Positions 36,321-45,629 of a DNA stretch of 61,986 nucleotides are shown in pieces. The position numbers and the translations under genes are program-made. The stretch covers positions 1 through 61,986 of the forward strand of contig JBLMYI010000015.1 of assembly GCA_050258195.1 (NCBI GenBank). Reading direction: 5' to 3'. A model generated the notes under the pieces. It saw only the letters and a list, made by a program, of their open reading frames with translations, was not told the DNA's origin and searched no databases. The first letter of the stretch is position 1, and every line of letters begins with the position of its first letter. Source of the DNA: Actinomycetota bacterium (GTDB lineage Bacteria; Desulfobacterota; Deferrimicrobia; Deferrimicrobiales; Deferrimicrobiaceae).

Positions 36321-37205
36321 GTGTTCCTCGAGCAACTGATCAACGGCATCACCCTTGGCAGCATCTACGCCATCGTGGCGCTTGGATACACGCTCGTCTT
36401 CGGCGTGCTCGACATCATCAACATGGCCCACGGGGAGATCTTCATGTTCGGGGCGTTCGTCGGCCTGCTCATCGTGAGCAAGGCGGGCGCCCCGCTTCCC
36501 GTGGCGTTCCTGGGGGCCATCGTCGTCACCGCGGCGATGGGGTTGCTGCTGGAGCGGTTCGCCCTTCGGCCGCTGCGGGGCCGGCCCGGGGCCTCGCATC
36601 TGGCCTCCCTGATCAGCACGATCGGCGTTTCCATCCTTCTGGAGAATGTGGCCCACAAGATCTTCGGGTCCGGGAACCACCTGTTCGAGACCACCTTCGC
36701 GGAGATCAGTTTCACGGTAGGTTCGGTTACGATCTACCTGGTCCAGGTGGTGATCCTGGTCATCTCCCTGTTCCTCATGGTGGGGCTCGCGCTCTGGCTG
36801 TCGCGCACGCGCGCGGGGAAGGCGCTGCGTGCCACCGCGGAGAACCTGGAGACGGCGGGCCTGCTCGGGGTCGACACGAACCGGATGATCACCGCCACGG
36901 TCGTCATCGCCTCGGCGATGGGCGGGGTCGCCGGGGTGCTGGTGGGGATGGCGTTCAACTACATCAACAACCAGATCGGCCTCTCCATGGGGCTCAAGGG
37001 GCTGGCGATCATCATCTTCGGCGGCATGGGGAGCGTCTACGGCGCCATGGCGGGGGGATTGATCCTTGGGCTCTCCGAAACGTTCGTGGTCGCGTACGGC
37101 TCCTCCGGGTACCGGGACGCTATCGCCTTCGTCGCGATCATCGTCATCCTCCTCATCAAGCCGCAGGGACTCTTCGGGCAGGCGCCCGCCGAAGCGAAGC
37201 GCTAA
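36321..37205 (+). CDS. livH: branched-chain amino acid ABC transporter permease (LivH type)
   Basis: ORF 36321..37205. FLEQLINGITLGSIYAIVALGYTLVFG is typical of the LivH N-terminus. Confidence 0.88.
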   Translation: MFLEQLINGITLGSIYAIVALGYTLVFGVLDIINMAHGEIFMFGAFVGLLIVSKAGAPLPVAFLGAIVVTAAMGLLLERFALRPLRGRPGASHLASLISTIGVSILLENVAHKIFGSGNHLFETTFAEISFTVGSVTIYLVQVVILVISLFLMVGLALWLSRTRAGKALRATAENLETAGLLGVDTNRMITATVVIASAMGGVAGVLVGMAFNYINNQIGLSMGLKGLAIIIFGGMGSVYGAMAGGLILGLSETFVVAYGSSGYRDAIAFVAIIVILLIKPQGLFGQAPAEAKR

Positions 37206-37208
37206 CCG

Positions 37209-38150
37209 ATGGAGTGGCTGAACCCGTACCACCTGCAAGTGGCGTCGTTCGTGCTGATCAACGCCATCCTCGGCGTGAGCATCTACGTCACCCTTGCCAC
37301 CGGGCAGCTCTCGCTCGGGAACGCCGGGTTCATGAGCATCGGGGCGTACACCGCCGCCCTCCTCTCCACGCAGCACCAGATCCCGATCCCGGTGGGGATC
37401 CTCGCCGGGAGCCTCCTCGCGGGGGTGTCCGGGATCCTGGTCGGTATCCCGTCCCTTCGGTTGTCCGGGGTCTACCTCGCCATCGCGACACTCGGGTTCG
37501 GCGAGGTCCTCCGGGCCGTCCTCATCAACTGGGAATCGCTGACCGGCGGGGCGGTGGGGATCGCGGCGATCCCGCAGATGGGCCGCGTGATCCTCTCCTG
37601 GGCGAGAGACAGGGGATTCTCGCCCGAAACGCTCGGCCTGGAAAGCAACCAGTTCATCAGCCTGACGGTGTTCCTGATCCTTCTCCTTTGCACGATCCTG
37701 ACGGTCGCCTTCTTCCTGCGCCTCTCCCGCTCCCGGGTCGGCCGCGCGTACGCCGCCATCCGGCTGGACGAAAGCGCGGCGGAGGCGGCGGGGATCCCCA
37801 TCACGTACTACAAGGTGCTGGCCTTCTCCCAGGGAGCGCTGCTCTCCGGGTTCGCCGGGGCGCTGTTCGCGCACTCGACGTCCTTCGTGAGCCCGGGGGA
37901 CTTCACCTACCACCGGGCCGTGGAGATCCTCGTCTTCGCCGTCTTCGGCGGGAGCGAGCACATCTTCGGCCCCGTCTTCGGCGCCGCCTTCCTCACCGTC
38001 GTCCCGGAAGCGCTTCGCTCGATCAGCGACTACCGGTACATCCTCTACGGGCTCGTGCTCGTGCTGATGATGGTCTACCGGCCGCAGGGGGTGATCGACC
38101 CTGCGCTGCTTCGACGGTTCCGTCGATCCGGCAAGGGGACGCGGGCATGA
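37209..38150 (+). CDS. livM: branched-chain amino acid ABC transporter permease (LivM type)
   Basis: ORF 37209..38150. Polytopic protein with GQLSLGNAGFMSIGAY motif. Confidence 0.88.
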   Translation: MEWLNPYHLQVASFVLINAILGVSIYVTLATGQLSLGNAGFMSIGAYTAALLSTQHQIPIPVGILAGSLLAGVSGILVGIPSLRLSGVYLAIATLGFGEVLRAVLINWESLTGGAVGIAAIPQMGRVILSWARDRGFSPETLGLESNQFISLTVFLILLLCTILTVAFFLRLSRSRVGRAYAAIRLDESAAEAAGIPITYYKVLAFSQGALLSGFAGALFAHSTSFVSPGDFTYHRAVEILVFAVFGGSEHIFGPVFGAAFLTVVPEALRSISDYRYILYGLVLVLMMVYRPQGVIDPALLRRFRRSGKGTRA

Positions 38151-38929
38151 GCAGCCTCCTCTCCCTCCGGAAGATCGGGAAATCGTTCGGTGGACTCTCC
38201 GCGCTCTCCGACATCTCGTTCGAGATCCAGCCGGGGGAGATCGTCGGCGTCATCGGCCCCAACGGCGCGGGAAAGACGACGCTCTTCAACGTCGTCACCG
38301 CCGTCTTCCCGCCGACCGCGGGCGAGGTGGCGTTCGACGGGGAGCGGATCAGCGGACTCCCTCCCCACGCCATCACGAAGCGGGGGATCACGCGGACGTT
38401 CCAGAGCATCCGCCTCTTCTCCACAATGACCGTCGAGGAAAACGTCATGGTGGGGAGACATTGCCGCACCGGAGCCGGCGTCTGGCGGGGCGTGCTGGGC
38501 ACCCCGGGGCAACGGCGGGAGGAACGGGGGATCCGCCGGAAGACGCGGGAACTGCTCGACCTCGTCGGACTTTCCGGGGTCGACCGGGACAAGGCCGCGG
38601 GGAGCCTCCCGTACGGCCACCAGCGCCGGCTCGAGATCGCCCGGGCGCTGGCGGCGGAGCCGCGCCTGCTCCTGCTCGACGAACCGGTGGCGGGGATGAA
38701 CGACGCGGAGACGCAGGAGGTATTCGACCTCATCAAGCGGGTACAGTCGTTGGGGGTGACGATCCTGCTGATCGAGCACGACATGTCGCTGGTGATGAAG
38801 GCGTGCAGCCGGCTGGTGGTGTTCAACTTCGGGAGGAAAATCGCGGAAGGGACGCCGGAGGAGATCCGGGACGACCCGCAGGTTGTCGAGGCGTACCTCG
38901 GCGCCGCCGAAGGGGACGCCGATGCTTGA
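38147..38929 (+). CDS. livG: branched-chain amino acid ABC transporter ATP-binding protein (LivG type)
   Basis: Within ORF 37214..38929. The ATG at 38147 overlaps the livM stop (ATGA). Walker A GPNGAGKTT, signature YGHQRRLEIARAL, Walker B LLLLDEP. Confidence 0.9.
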   Translation: MSSLLSLRKIGKSFGGLSALSDISFEIQPGEIVGVIGPNGAGKTTLFNVVTAVFPPTAGEVAFDGERISGLPPHAITKRGITRTFQSIRLFSTMTVEENVMVGRHCRTGAGVWRGVLGTPGQRREERGIRRKTRELLDLVGLSGVDRDKAAGSLPYGHQRRLEIARALAAEPRLLLLDEPVAGMNDAETQEVFDLIKRVQSLGVTILLIEHDMSLVMKACSRLVVFNFGRKIAEGTPEEIRDDPQVVEAYLGAAEGDADA

Positions 38930-39626
38930 GGTCCGAGGCATCGAGACGTATTACGGCAACATCCCCGCCCTGAGGGGGATCTCCATCGACGTCCCCGCGG
39001 GAAGCGTCGTCGCCATCATCGGGGCGAACGGGGCCGGAAAGACCACGCTGATGAAGACGATCGCGGGGGTCCTTCGGCCGCGCTCCGGCACGGTCTCCTT
39101 TCTCGGGAAGGAGATCACCGGCCTCCCCTCCCACAAGATCGTGCGGCGCGGCGTCGCGCTGGTCCCGGAGGGGCGGGCGATTCTCGGACGGATGACGGTC
39201 CGCGAGAACCTCGAGATGGGGGCCTTCACGGGACGCGACGCGGGGAAGACGGCGCAGGACATGGATCGCCTGATGGTGCGGTTCCCCCTCCTCGGGGAGC
39301 GGGCGCGGCAGCTCGGCGGGTCGCTCTCGGGCGGGGAGCAGCAGATGCTGGCGATCGCCCGGGCGCTGATGTCCGCCCCGAAGCTCCTGCTCCTGGACGA
39401 GCCCACCCTGGGCCTCGCCCCGCTCGTGGTGGCCGACATCTTCTCCATCATCCGCGAGATCAACGCGGCCGGCACCACCATCCTGCTCGTGGAGCAGAAC
39501 GTGAAGCAGGCGCTGAAGGTCTCTTCCTACGCCTACGTGCTCGAGACGGGCACGATCGCCCTCTCCGGGGCCTCCAAGGAACTGTTACAGGAACCGCGGA
39601 TCAAGGCGTCGTACCTGGGGCAGTGA
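38922..39626 (+). CDS. livF: branched-chain amino acid ABC transporter ATP-binding protein (LivF type)
   Basis: ORF 38883..39626. Start is ATG 38922 (MLEVRGIETYYG). GANGAGKTT, LSGGEQQMLAIARAL and LLLLDEP. Confidence 0.9.
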   Translation: MLEVRGIETYYGNIPALRGISIDVPAGSVVAIIGANGAGKTTLMKTIAGVLRPRSGTVSFLGKEITGLPSHKIVRRGVALVPEGRAILGRMTVRENLEMGAFTGRDAGKTAQDMDRLMVRFPLLGERARQLGGSLSGGEQQMLAIARALMSAPKLLLLDEPTLGLAPLVVADIFSIIREINAAGTTILLVEQNVKQALKVSSYAYVLETGTIALSGASKELLQEPRIKASYLGQ

Positions 39627-40962
39627 TCGCTTCCGCCTCGGCGCGGGCGACGTCCACGCGCAGGAGGAGGGCGAGCCCCGCGACGAAGAAGACCGCCAGC
39701 GAGAGGATCGCGACGCGGTAGCTTCCCGTGAACTGCAGCGCCAGCCCGAAAAAGAGGGGCCCCAGCCAGCTCGTCCCCCGCTCGCTCACCTCGTACAGGG
39801 AGAAGTACTCCGCCTCCCTCCCGACCGGGATCATCCGCGAGAACAGGGACCGGGAGAGGGCCTGGCTCCCGCCGAGGACGACGGCCACGCACGCCGCCAT
39901 CGCGTAGAACCCGGTCGCGTCCCGTAGCCCGGCGTAGGCGTAGACGAGCGTCCCCGTCCACAAAACGAGGCTGATCGCCACCGCCGTCTTTGCCCCCACC
40001 CGCTTCGCGAACGCGTTGAAGAGCAGGGCCCCGAAAAAGGCGACGAACTGGACCATGAGGATCGCCGTGGTCAGCGTCGAAACGGAGAGGCCCAGCTCCT
40101 CCTGGCCGAACTGGGACGAGAGGGCGATCACCGTCTGTATGCCGTCGTTATACAGCAGGTAGGCGCCAAGGAACAGCAGGAGCTGCCGGTGGCCCTTCGC
40201 CTCGGCGAACGTGCGCCGCAACTGTCGAAATCCGATGCCGAGGATCCCCTCCCCCGGGGGAAGCGGCCGCGCGGCCTCCCTGCGCCGCATCGTGGCGAGC
40301 GGCAGGAGGGAGAAGACGGCCCACCACGCCCCCGCCGATGCGAGGCTGATCCGGACCGCCTCGCCGCCCGTCAGCCCGAAGTCGCGCGCATGGGAGAAGA
40401 GGACCAGGTTCAGGAGGAGGAGGATCCCGCCCCCTAGGTACCCGAGCGCCCACCCCACGGAAGAAACGGCATCGCGGTCCTCCGAAGGCGCGATGTCGGG
40501 AAGCCAGGCGTTGTAGAAGACCACCGAGGCCCCGAAGCAGACGTTGGCCAGAAGGAAGAGCCCCCCGCCCAGCAGGTACCGCGTCCCTTCGAGAAAATAG
40601 AGCCCCACCGTCGCCGCCGATCCCGCGTAGGCGAAGAGGAACAGCATCGATTTCTTCCGGTGGGAGTAGTCGGCGAGCGCGCCGAGAAGCGGCAGGAGGA
40701 GGACCTGGAAGAAGACGGAGAGGGAAACGACGTACGGGAAGAACGACCCCGCGAGCACGGGGACGCCGAGAGGGTGCACGTACCCCGCGGGGTCGGCGGC
40801 GGCGCGGGCTACGGAGGTCAGGTACGGTCCCGTGAACACCGTGACCACCGTCGTGGAGAAGGCCGAGTTCGCGAAATCGTAAAAATACCAGCCGACCCGC
40901 TCGGGCCGGCCTTCCCTGGCTAGAGCGGCCATCTCCCCTCCCGGAGCCCCATTCTGCCACAA
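39601..40962 (-). CDS. MFS transporter, UMF1/Atg22-like family
   Basis: ORF 39601..40962. WYFYDFANSAFSTTV motif and about 12 hydrophobic segments. An alternative start is ATG 40932. The 3' end overlaps livF convergently by 26 nt. Confidence 0.75.
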   Translation of the reverse strand: MWQNGAPGGEMAALAREGRPERVGWYFYDFANSAFSTTVVTVFTGPYLTSVARAAADPAGYVHPLGVPVLAGSFFPYVVSLSVFFQVLLLPLLGALADYSHRKKSMLFLFAYAGSAATVGLYFLEGTRYLLGGGLFLLANVCFGASVVFYNAWLPDIAPSEDRDAVSSVGWALGYLGGGILLLLNLVLFSHARDFGLTGGEAVRISLASAGAWWAVFSLLPLATMRRREAARPLPPGEGILGIGFRQLRRTFAEAKGHRQLLLFLGAYLLYNDGIQTVIALSSQFGQEELGLSVSTLTTAILMVQFVAFFGALLFNAFAKRVGAKTAVAISLVLWTGTLVYAYAGLRDATGFYAMAACVAVVLGGSQALSRSLFSRMIPVGREAEYFSLYEVSERGTSWLGPLFFGLALQFTGSYRVAILSLAVFFVAGLALLLRVDVARAEAEAITAPGTTP

Positions 40963-40970
40963 TCACCACG

Positions 40971-41345
40971 GAAGGCGCACTTAACGTGAGGGTCCGGCGG
41001 AGTCGACGGAGGAGGCGGGGCGCCCCGGTACGAGCTTCGCGCTGCCGGGGTACCCCCGCAGCAGGAAAAACAGGGGGCACAGTGAGGCCGGCCTCCAGGG
41101 TTCCGTTCCCGAAGAGGCCGTGCACCGAGAGGGTCGATGCGCCGCCTCCGGCGAGGCGCCCGACCGAGGCGTACCCACGGCGGTACGGTGAGGGAGGGGA
41201 ACGATGCCGGGGCGGATGCAGCGGGCCTCGAATGCCGGGATCTGAGGGAATGGAGCCCTGGAGGCCGGTGCGCAGCCGTGCAGGTTCACCGCACGGCGAG
41301 CCACGAACGGAGCCCCGCCCTCCGAGGCGACGAAGCCGAATGGAG
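40971..41345. repeat. long-form mosaic repeat: L-module (40971..41087), TIR-bounded core (41088..41268) and R-module (41269..41345)
   Basis: Manual alignment to 61355..61715 (reverse complement), 42800..43005 and 32275..32530. See findings. Confidence 0.85.
41088..41268. repeat. 181-nt repeat core bounded by perfect 13-bp inverted termini CCGGCCTCCAGGG / CCCTGGAGGCCGG (MITE-like element or structured RNA)
   Basis: Read directly. A twin at 61432..61612 in opposite orientation differs by 7 substitutions and no indels in my hand alignment. Confidence 0.8.
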
Positions 41346-41414
41346 TGTCCCGGAGGCGTCGCGCCTTCCGGGAGCGCAGTTTGGACGTTGTCGTATTTGA
41401 TAAAAGGAGACCGC

Positions 41415-41834
41415 TTGGAGCATGTCGCCACCGTACGGGTGATCTTCGGCGATACGGACGCCGCCGGTATCGTCTATTACGGGAATTATCTTCGCTGGTT
41501 CGAGGTCGGCCGGGCGGAGTTGATGCGGCGGAGGGGGTTTTCGTACCTCGACACGATGGAACGGGGAGTGCTCCTCCCCGTCATCGAAACGGGCGCCAGC
41601 TATCACGCTTCCGCCCGGTACGACGACGTGCTCCGGATCCACGCGGAGATCCGTGACGTCCGGGGGGTGCGCCTGACGTTCGGGTACCGTATCGAGCGCG
41701 ACGACGGGGCCCTCCTGGTGACAGGGCATACCGTGCACGCGTTCACGGGGCGGGACGGGAGGCCGGTGCGGCCTCCCGTCGAGTTCCGCGCGCTGTCACT
41801 TACGAACGACATTTCCCGGGAAAAGGGGGCCTGA
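41415..41834 (+). CDS. YbgC/4HBT-family acyl-CoA thioesterase
   Basis: Within ORF 40986..41834. TTG start at 41415 follows AAGGAG. RVIFGDTDAAGIVYYGNYLRWFE is a hot-dog fold motif. Confidence 0.82.
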   Translation: MEHVATVRVIFGDTDAAGIVYYGNYLRWFEVGRAELMRRRGFSYLDTMERGVLLPVIETGASYHASARYDDVLRIHAEIRDVRGVRLTFGYRIERDDGALLVTGHTVHAFTGRDGRPVRPPVEFRALSLTNDISREKGA

Positions 41835-41836
41835 CG

Positions 41837-42793
41837 ATGGAGCGGAACCTGGCATTGGAGGTGGTCCGTGTGACCGAGGCGGCGGCGCTCGCCGCGGCGC
41901 GCTTGATGGGCCGCGGGGACAACATCGCGGCGGACCAGGCGGCGGTCACCGCGATGCGGAAAGCGCTGAGCTACGTCCAGTTCAAGGGACGTGTCGTCAT
42001 CGGCGAAGGGGAGAGGGACGAGGCTCCCATGCTCTACATCGGGGAGGAGGTCGGCGCGGCGGACTCACCAAAGGTCGACATCGCCGTCGACCCGCTCGAA
42101 GGGACGAACATCGTTTCCGCCGGGGGGTACAACGCCATCGCCGTGATCGCCATCTCGGAGGAGGGCGGGTTTCTTCACGCCCCCGACACGTACATGCAGA
42201 AGCTCGCGGTGGGGCCGAAGGCGCGCGGCGTGATCGACATCACCGCGACCCCGACGGAGAACCTCCGAAGGATCGCGAAGGCGCAGAAGGCGTACGTAGA
42301 GGACCTCTGCGTCGTGATCCTCGACCGGCCCAGGCACGAGGAGTTGATCCGGGAGGTCCGGGAAGCCGGCGCGCGGATCAAGCTCATCGGGGACGGGGAC
42401 GTGGCGGGTGCGATCGCTACGGCGAAAGAGGAGTCCGGGGTCGACGTCCTGATGGGGACGGGAGGGGCGCCGGAAGGGGTCCTGGCCGCCGCGGCGTTGA
42501 AATGCATGGGTGGAGACTTCCAGGGGATCCTGAAGTTCCGGAACAAGGAGGAGATCGAGCGCGCGAAGGGGATGGGGGTCACCGACCTGAACCGCGTCTA
42601 CGCCCTCGACGACCTGGCGAGGAGCGATGTGATGTTCGCCGCCACCGGCGTCACATTCGGCGATTTCCTGAAGGGAGTCCGCTTCTTCAGCGGCGGCGCG
42701 TACACCCAGTCCGTCGTCATGCGCTCCCGCTCCCGCACCACGCGAATCATCGACACGACCCACTACTTCGAGTTCAAGCCGAAGTACGAATAA
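41837..42793 (+). CDS. glpX: class II fructose-1,6-bisphosphatase
   Basis: ORF 41837..42793. LEVVRVTEAAALAAARLMGRGD, GEGERDEAPMLYIGE and DPLEGT motifs. Confidence 0.92.
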   Translation: MERNLALEVVRVTEAAALAAARLMGRGDNIAADQAAVTAMRKALSYVQFKGRVVIGEGERDEAPMLYIGEEVGAADSPKVDIAVDPLEGTNIVSAGGYNAIAVIAISEEGGFLHAPDTYMQKLAVGPKARGVIDITATPTENLRRIAKAQKAYVEDLCVVILDRPRHEELIREVREAGARIKLIGDGDVAGAIATAKEESGVDVLMGTGGAPEGVLAAAALKCMGGDFQGILKFRNKEEIERAKGMGVTDLNRVYALDDLARSDVMFAATGVTFGDFLKGVRFFSGGAYTQSVVMRSRSRTTRIIDTTHYFEFKPKYE

Positions 42794-42799
42794 AAACGG

Positions 42800-43005
42800 A
42801 GTGGGAAGGCAGCACGGAGGGGGTACGCAACAGGAGGCTCCGGCGGAGTAGCCGCAGGAGGGGGGCGCCCCGGTACGAGCTTCGCGCTGCCGGGGTACCC
42901 CCGCCGTAGGAAGAACGGGGGGCACAGTGAGGTAAAGCGCAGCCGTGCAGGTTCACCGCACGGCGAGCCACGAACGGAGCCGCCTCTCCGAGGCGGCGTA
43001 GCCGA
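42800..43005. repeat. short-form mosaic repeat (L+R modules, no core) in the glpX-oorD spacer
   Basis: Aligns with 40971..41087 plus 41269..41345. The junction CACAGTGAGG-taaa-GCGCAGCCGTGCAGG marks the empty core site. Confidence 0.8.
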
Positions 43006-43016
43006 AGGGGGAACGG

Positions 43017-43229
43017 ATTACGGCGACGGGGCGGATCGAGATCGATTTCGAGCGGTGCAAGGCGTGCGAACTGTGCGTTCCCGTCTGCCCGAAGGGGTGC
43101 ATCGGGATGGGAACGTCCGTCAACCGGCAGGGGTACGCGTCCGCCGTATTCGAGCGCCCCGACGTCTGCACGGGGTGCGCGATCTGCGCCGAGACTTGCC
43201 CCGACGCGTGCATCCTGGTGTGGCGATGA
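43017..43229 (+). CDS. 2x[4Fe-4S] ferredoxin-like delta subunit of 2-oxoacid:ferredoxin oxidoreductase (start codon uncertain, possibly ATT)
   Basis: Not in the ORF track. Frame is open from 43002 to TGA 43227..43229. It encodes [20 protein letters not shown]...[12 protein letters not shown], two CxxCxxCxxxCP motifs. The first motif precedes the only in-frame ATG. The stop overlaps the next gene (ATGA). Confidence 0.7.
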   Translation: MTATGRIEIDFERCKACELCVPVCPKGCIGMGTSVNRQGYASAVFERPDVCTGCAICAETCPDACILVWR

Positions 43230-44305
43230 CCGCGCTGGCGACTTCTCCGTCGAAGCGGATCCTCACCAAGGGGAACGAGGCGATCTGCCTCGGAGCCGTC
43301 GCGGCCGGGTGCCGTCATTATTACGGCTACCCGATCACCCCCCAAAACGACATCCCCGAATACATGGCGGCGCACCTCCCTGCCCTCGGCGGAACCTTCC
43401 TGCAGGCCGAAAGCGAGGTGGCGACGATCAACATGATGCTCGGAACCGCCGCCTCCGGGAAGCGGGTGATGACGTCCTCCTCCGGTCCCGGGATCTCCTT
43501 GATGCAGGAAGGGCTCTCTTACATGGCGGGATCCGAGCTTCCCGCCGTGGTCGTCAACATCTCCAGGTCGGGTCCGGGCCTCGGCGGCATCGCCCCCTCC
43601 CAGGGAGACTACTTCCAGGCGGTAAAGGGAGGAGGCCACGGCGGGTACCGGCTGATCGTCCTCGCGCCGCACTCTGTCCAGGAGATGTACGCCCTGACCA
43701 TGCTCGCCTTCGACCTTTCGGACAAGTACCGCACTCCCGCCATGATCCTCGGGGACGCCATCGTGGGCCAGATGAAGGAACCGTTCGTCGCTTCCCCGTA
43801 CGATCCGGCGGCGACGGTGGAGAAACCGTGGGCGCTGACCGGGTGCGCCGGCCGCGAGCGTCGAAACGTGAAATCCCTTCACCTGAAGGACAACGCCATC
43901 GAGGTCCACAACTGGAAGCTGCACGAAAAATACGAGCGGATCCGCAGGGACGAGGCGAGGGCCGAGTCGTACATGCTCGACGGCGCGACGATCGCGATCG
44001 TCGCTTTCGGAACCGCGGCCCGCGTGAGCAAAACCGCCATCCAGTGGGCCCGCAAGGAAGGGATCGCCGCCGGGATGCTGCGCCCGATCACCCTCTTCCC
44101 TTTCCCGGAACGGGAGGTGTTCGAGCTGGCGAGGGCGGTGGACGTCCTGCTGGTCATCGAAATGAACACCGGGCAGATGGTGGAGGATGTGCGGCAGTCC
44201 ACGCCGCTCCACGACCGGGTCGCGTTTCTCGGCAAGCCGTGCGCCATGCCCACCCCCGAGGAGATCCTCGAACGGATACGACTGCTGGCAGGGAGGAAGG
44301 GATGA
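43226..44305 (+). CDS. 2-oxoacid:ferredoxin oxidoreductase subunit alpha (OorA/KorA type)
   Basis: Within ORF 43055..44305. Start is ATG 43226 ([38 protein letters not shown]). GPG and ESE motifs. Confidence 0.88.
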   Translation: MTALATSPSKRILTKGNEAICLGAVAAGCRHYYGYPITPQNDIPEYMAAHLPALGGTFLQAESEVATINMMLGTAASGKRVMTSSSGPGISLMQEGLSYMAGSELPAVVVNISRSGPGLGGIAPSQGDYFQAVKGGGHGGYRLIVLAPHSVQEMYALTMLAFDLSDKYRTPAMILGDAIVGQMKEPFVASPYDPAATVEKPWALTGCAGRERRNVKSLHLKDNAIEVHNWKLHEKYERIRRDEARAESYMLDGATIAIVAFGTAARVSKTAIQWARKEGIAAGMLRPITLFPFPEREVFELARAVDVLLVIEMNTGQMVEDVRQSTPLHDRVAFLGKPCAMPTPEEILERIRLLAGRKG

Positions 44306-45081
44306 GCGCGCCCGCGAAGGCAGGGTTTTCGAAGGCGGTCTACACGCGGCCACGGAGCCTGGTCGACGTCCGGAGCCACTTCTGCCCCGGCTGCCACCAC
44401 GGGACGATCCACAAGATCGTCGCCGAATGCATCGATCGGTACGGTCTGCGGGAAAAGACGATCGGCGTCGCGTGCGTCGGGTGTGCCGTTTTCCTGTACG
44501 ACTACATCGACGTGGACGTGGTCGAGTCGCCTCACGGGCGCGCCCCGGCGGTAGCGACCGGCGTCAAGCGCGCGCAGCCGGACAAGTTCGTCTTCACCTA
44601 CCAGGGAGACGGCGATCTCGCGGCGATCGGAACGTCGGAGATCATCCACGCGGCAAACCGCGGGGAAAACCTCTCCGTGATCTTCGTGAACAACACGACG
44701 TACGGGATGACCGGGGGCCAGATGGCGCCCACGACCATGCTCGGGCAGAAGACCTCCACCACCCCGTACGGACGCGATTTCCGCGGCGACGGCTATCCGA
44801 TCCGGATGGCCGAACTTCTGGCCGGCCTCGAGGGGACGGCCTATTCCGCGCGTGTCGCGGTCTCCACCCCCGCACAGATCCGGAAGGCGAAGGAATCGGT
44901 CCGGAAGGCGTTCGAGATGCAGATCGGCGGGATGGGCCTCTCCATCGTCGAGTTCCTCTCGACCTGCCCGACGAACTGGGGGATGAAGCCGCTGGACGCG
45001 CAGAAACGGGTGCTCGGGGAGATGTCGGAATATTTTCCGCTGGGCGTTTTCAAGGAGCGGCAGCAGGCGGACTTCGCGTGA
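44302..45081 (+). CDS. 2-oxoacid:ferredoxin oxidoreductase subunit beta (TPP-binding)
   Basis: Within ORF 43309..45081. The ATG at 44302 overlaps the previous stop (ATGA). FCPGCHHG and GDGD...NN..YGMTGGQ TPP motifs. Confidence 0.9.
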   Translation: MSAPAKAGFSKAVYTRPRSLVDVRSHFCPGCHHGTIHKIVAECIDRYGLREKTIGVACVGCAVFLYDYIDVDVVESPHGRAPAVATGVKRAQPDKFVFTYQGDGDLAAIGTSEIIHAANRGENLSVIFVNNTTYGMTGGQMAPTTMLGQKTSTTPYGRDFRGDGYPIRMAELLAGLEGTAYSARVAVSTPAQIRKAKESVRKAFEMQIGGMGLSIVEFLSTCPTNWGMKPLDAQKRVLGEMSEYFPLGVFKERQQADFA

Positions 45082-45629
45082 CGGCCGACATCATCATGGC
45101 CGGCTTCGGCGGCCAGGGGATCCTGATGATCGGGAACCTGCTGGCTCTCACGGCGATGGAAGAGGGGAGGCACGTCACCTACTTCCCCGCATACGGGGTG
45201 GAGATGCGGGGCGGCACGGCGAACTGCACGGTGGTGGTCTCCGACGAGGAGATCGGCTCCCCCGTGGTCGGCCGCCCGAAGGGCCTTCTCATCATGAACG
45301 GCCCTTCGATGGAGAAGTTCCTTCCCATGCTCGCCCCGGGGGGGGACCTCGTCATCAACAGTTCTCTTGTGGAGGAGGGGCAAGTGACCCGGAACGACGT
45401 CCGTCTCCTCCCGGTCCCCGCGGACGACATCGCCCGCAACAGGATCGGCAGCCGGCAGATGGCATCGATGGTCGCCCTGGGGGCGTACGTCGCCCGGTCC
45501 GGCATCGTGAATCTCTCGACCGTGTTCGATTGTCTACCGAAGGTCATCTCGAAGAAGTACGAAAAGTTCATCCCCCTGAACATCAACGCCTTGAAGGAAG
45601 GAGCCGCCCTTGCCGGATTTCACGCGTGA
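45078..45629 (+). CDS. 2-oxoacid:ferredoxin oxidoreductase subunit gamma
   Basis: Within ORF 44187..45629. GTG at 45078 overlaps the previous stop (GTGA); an alternative start is ATG 45096. GFGGQGIL motif. Confidence 0.85.
   Translation: MTADIIMAGFGGQGILMIGNLLALTAMEEGRHVTYFPAYGVEMRGGTANCTVVVSDEEIGSPVVGRPKGLLIMNGPSMEKFLPMLAPGGDLVINSSLVEEGQVTRNDVRLLPVPADDIARNRIGSRQMASMVALGAYVARSGIVNLSTVFDCLPKVISKKYEKFIPLNINALKEGAALAGFHA

Noticed and set aside
41088-41268. The core element as a known housekeeping RNA (RNase P RNA, tmRNA, SRP/4.5S, 6S).
   Set aside because: I could not find the conserved motifs I know for RNase P, tmRNA or SRP RNA. Two near-identical copies plus fragments in other leaders fit a repeat better than a single-copy RNA gene. 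A 6S-like long hairpin cannot be excluded without covariance-model searches.
40981-41304. Small ORFs starting MARRA(V/M)NLHGCA... inside the repeats (40981..41304 -, 61396..61668 +, 42774..42971 -), which look conserved.
   Set aside because: The conservation is at nucleotide level, because these are repeat copies. Reading frames diverge between long and short forms, no SD is visible, and the composition is off-frame-like. I treat them as non-coding.
43226-45629. Assigning the oxidoreductase specifically as 2-oxoisovalerate (VOR) to complete a valine pathway.
   Set aside because: The delta-alpha-beta-gamma gene order resembles OorDABC 2-oxoglutarate enzymes. Substrate specificity of this family cannot be read from the sequence by eye, so I left it generic.
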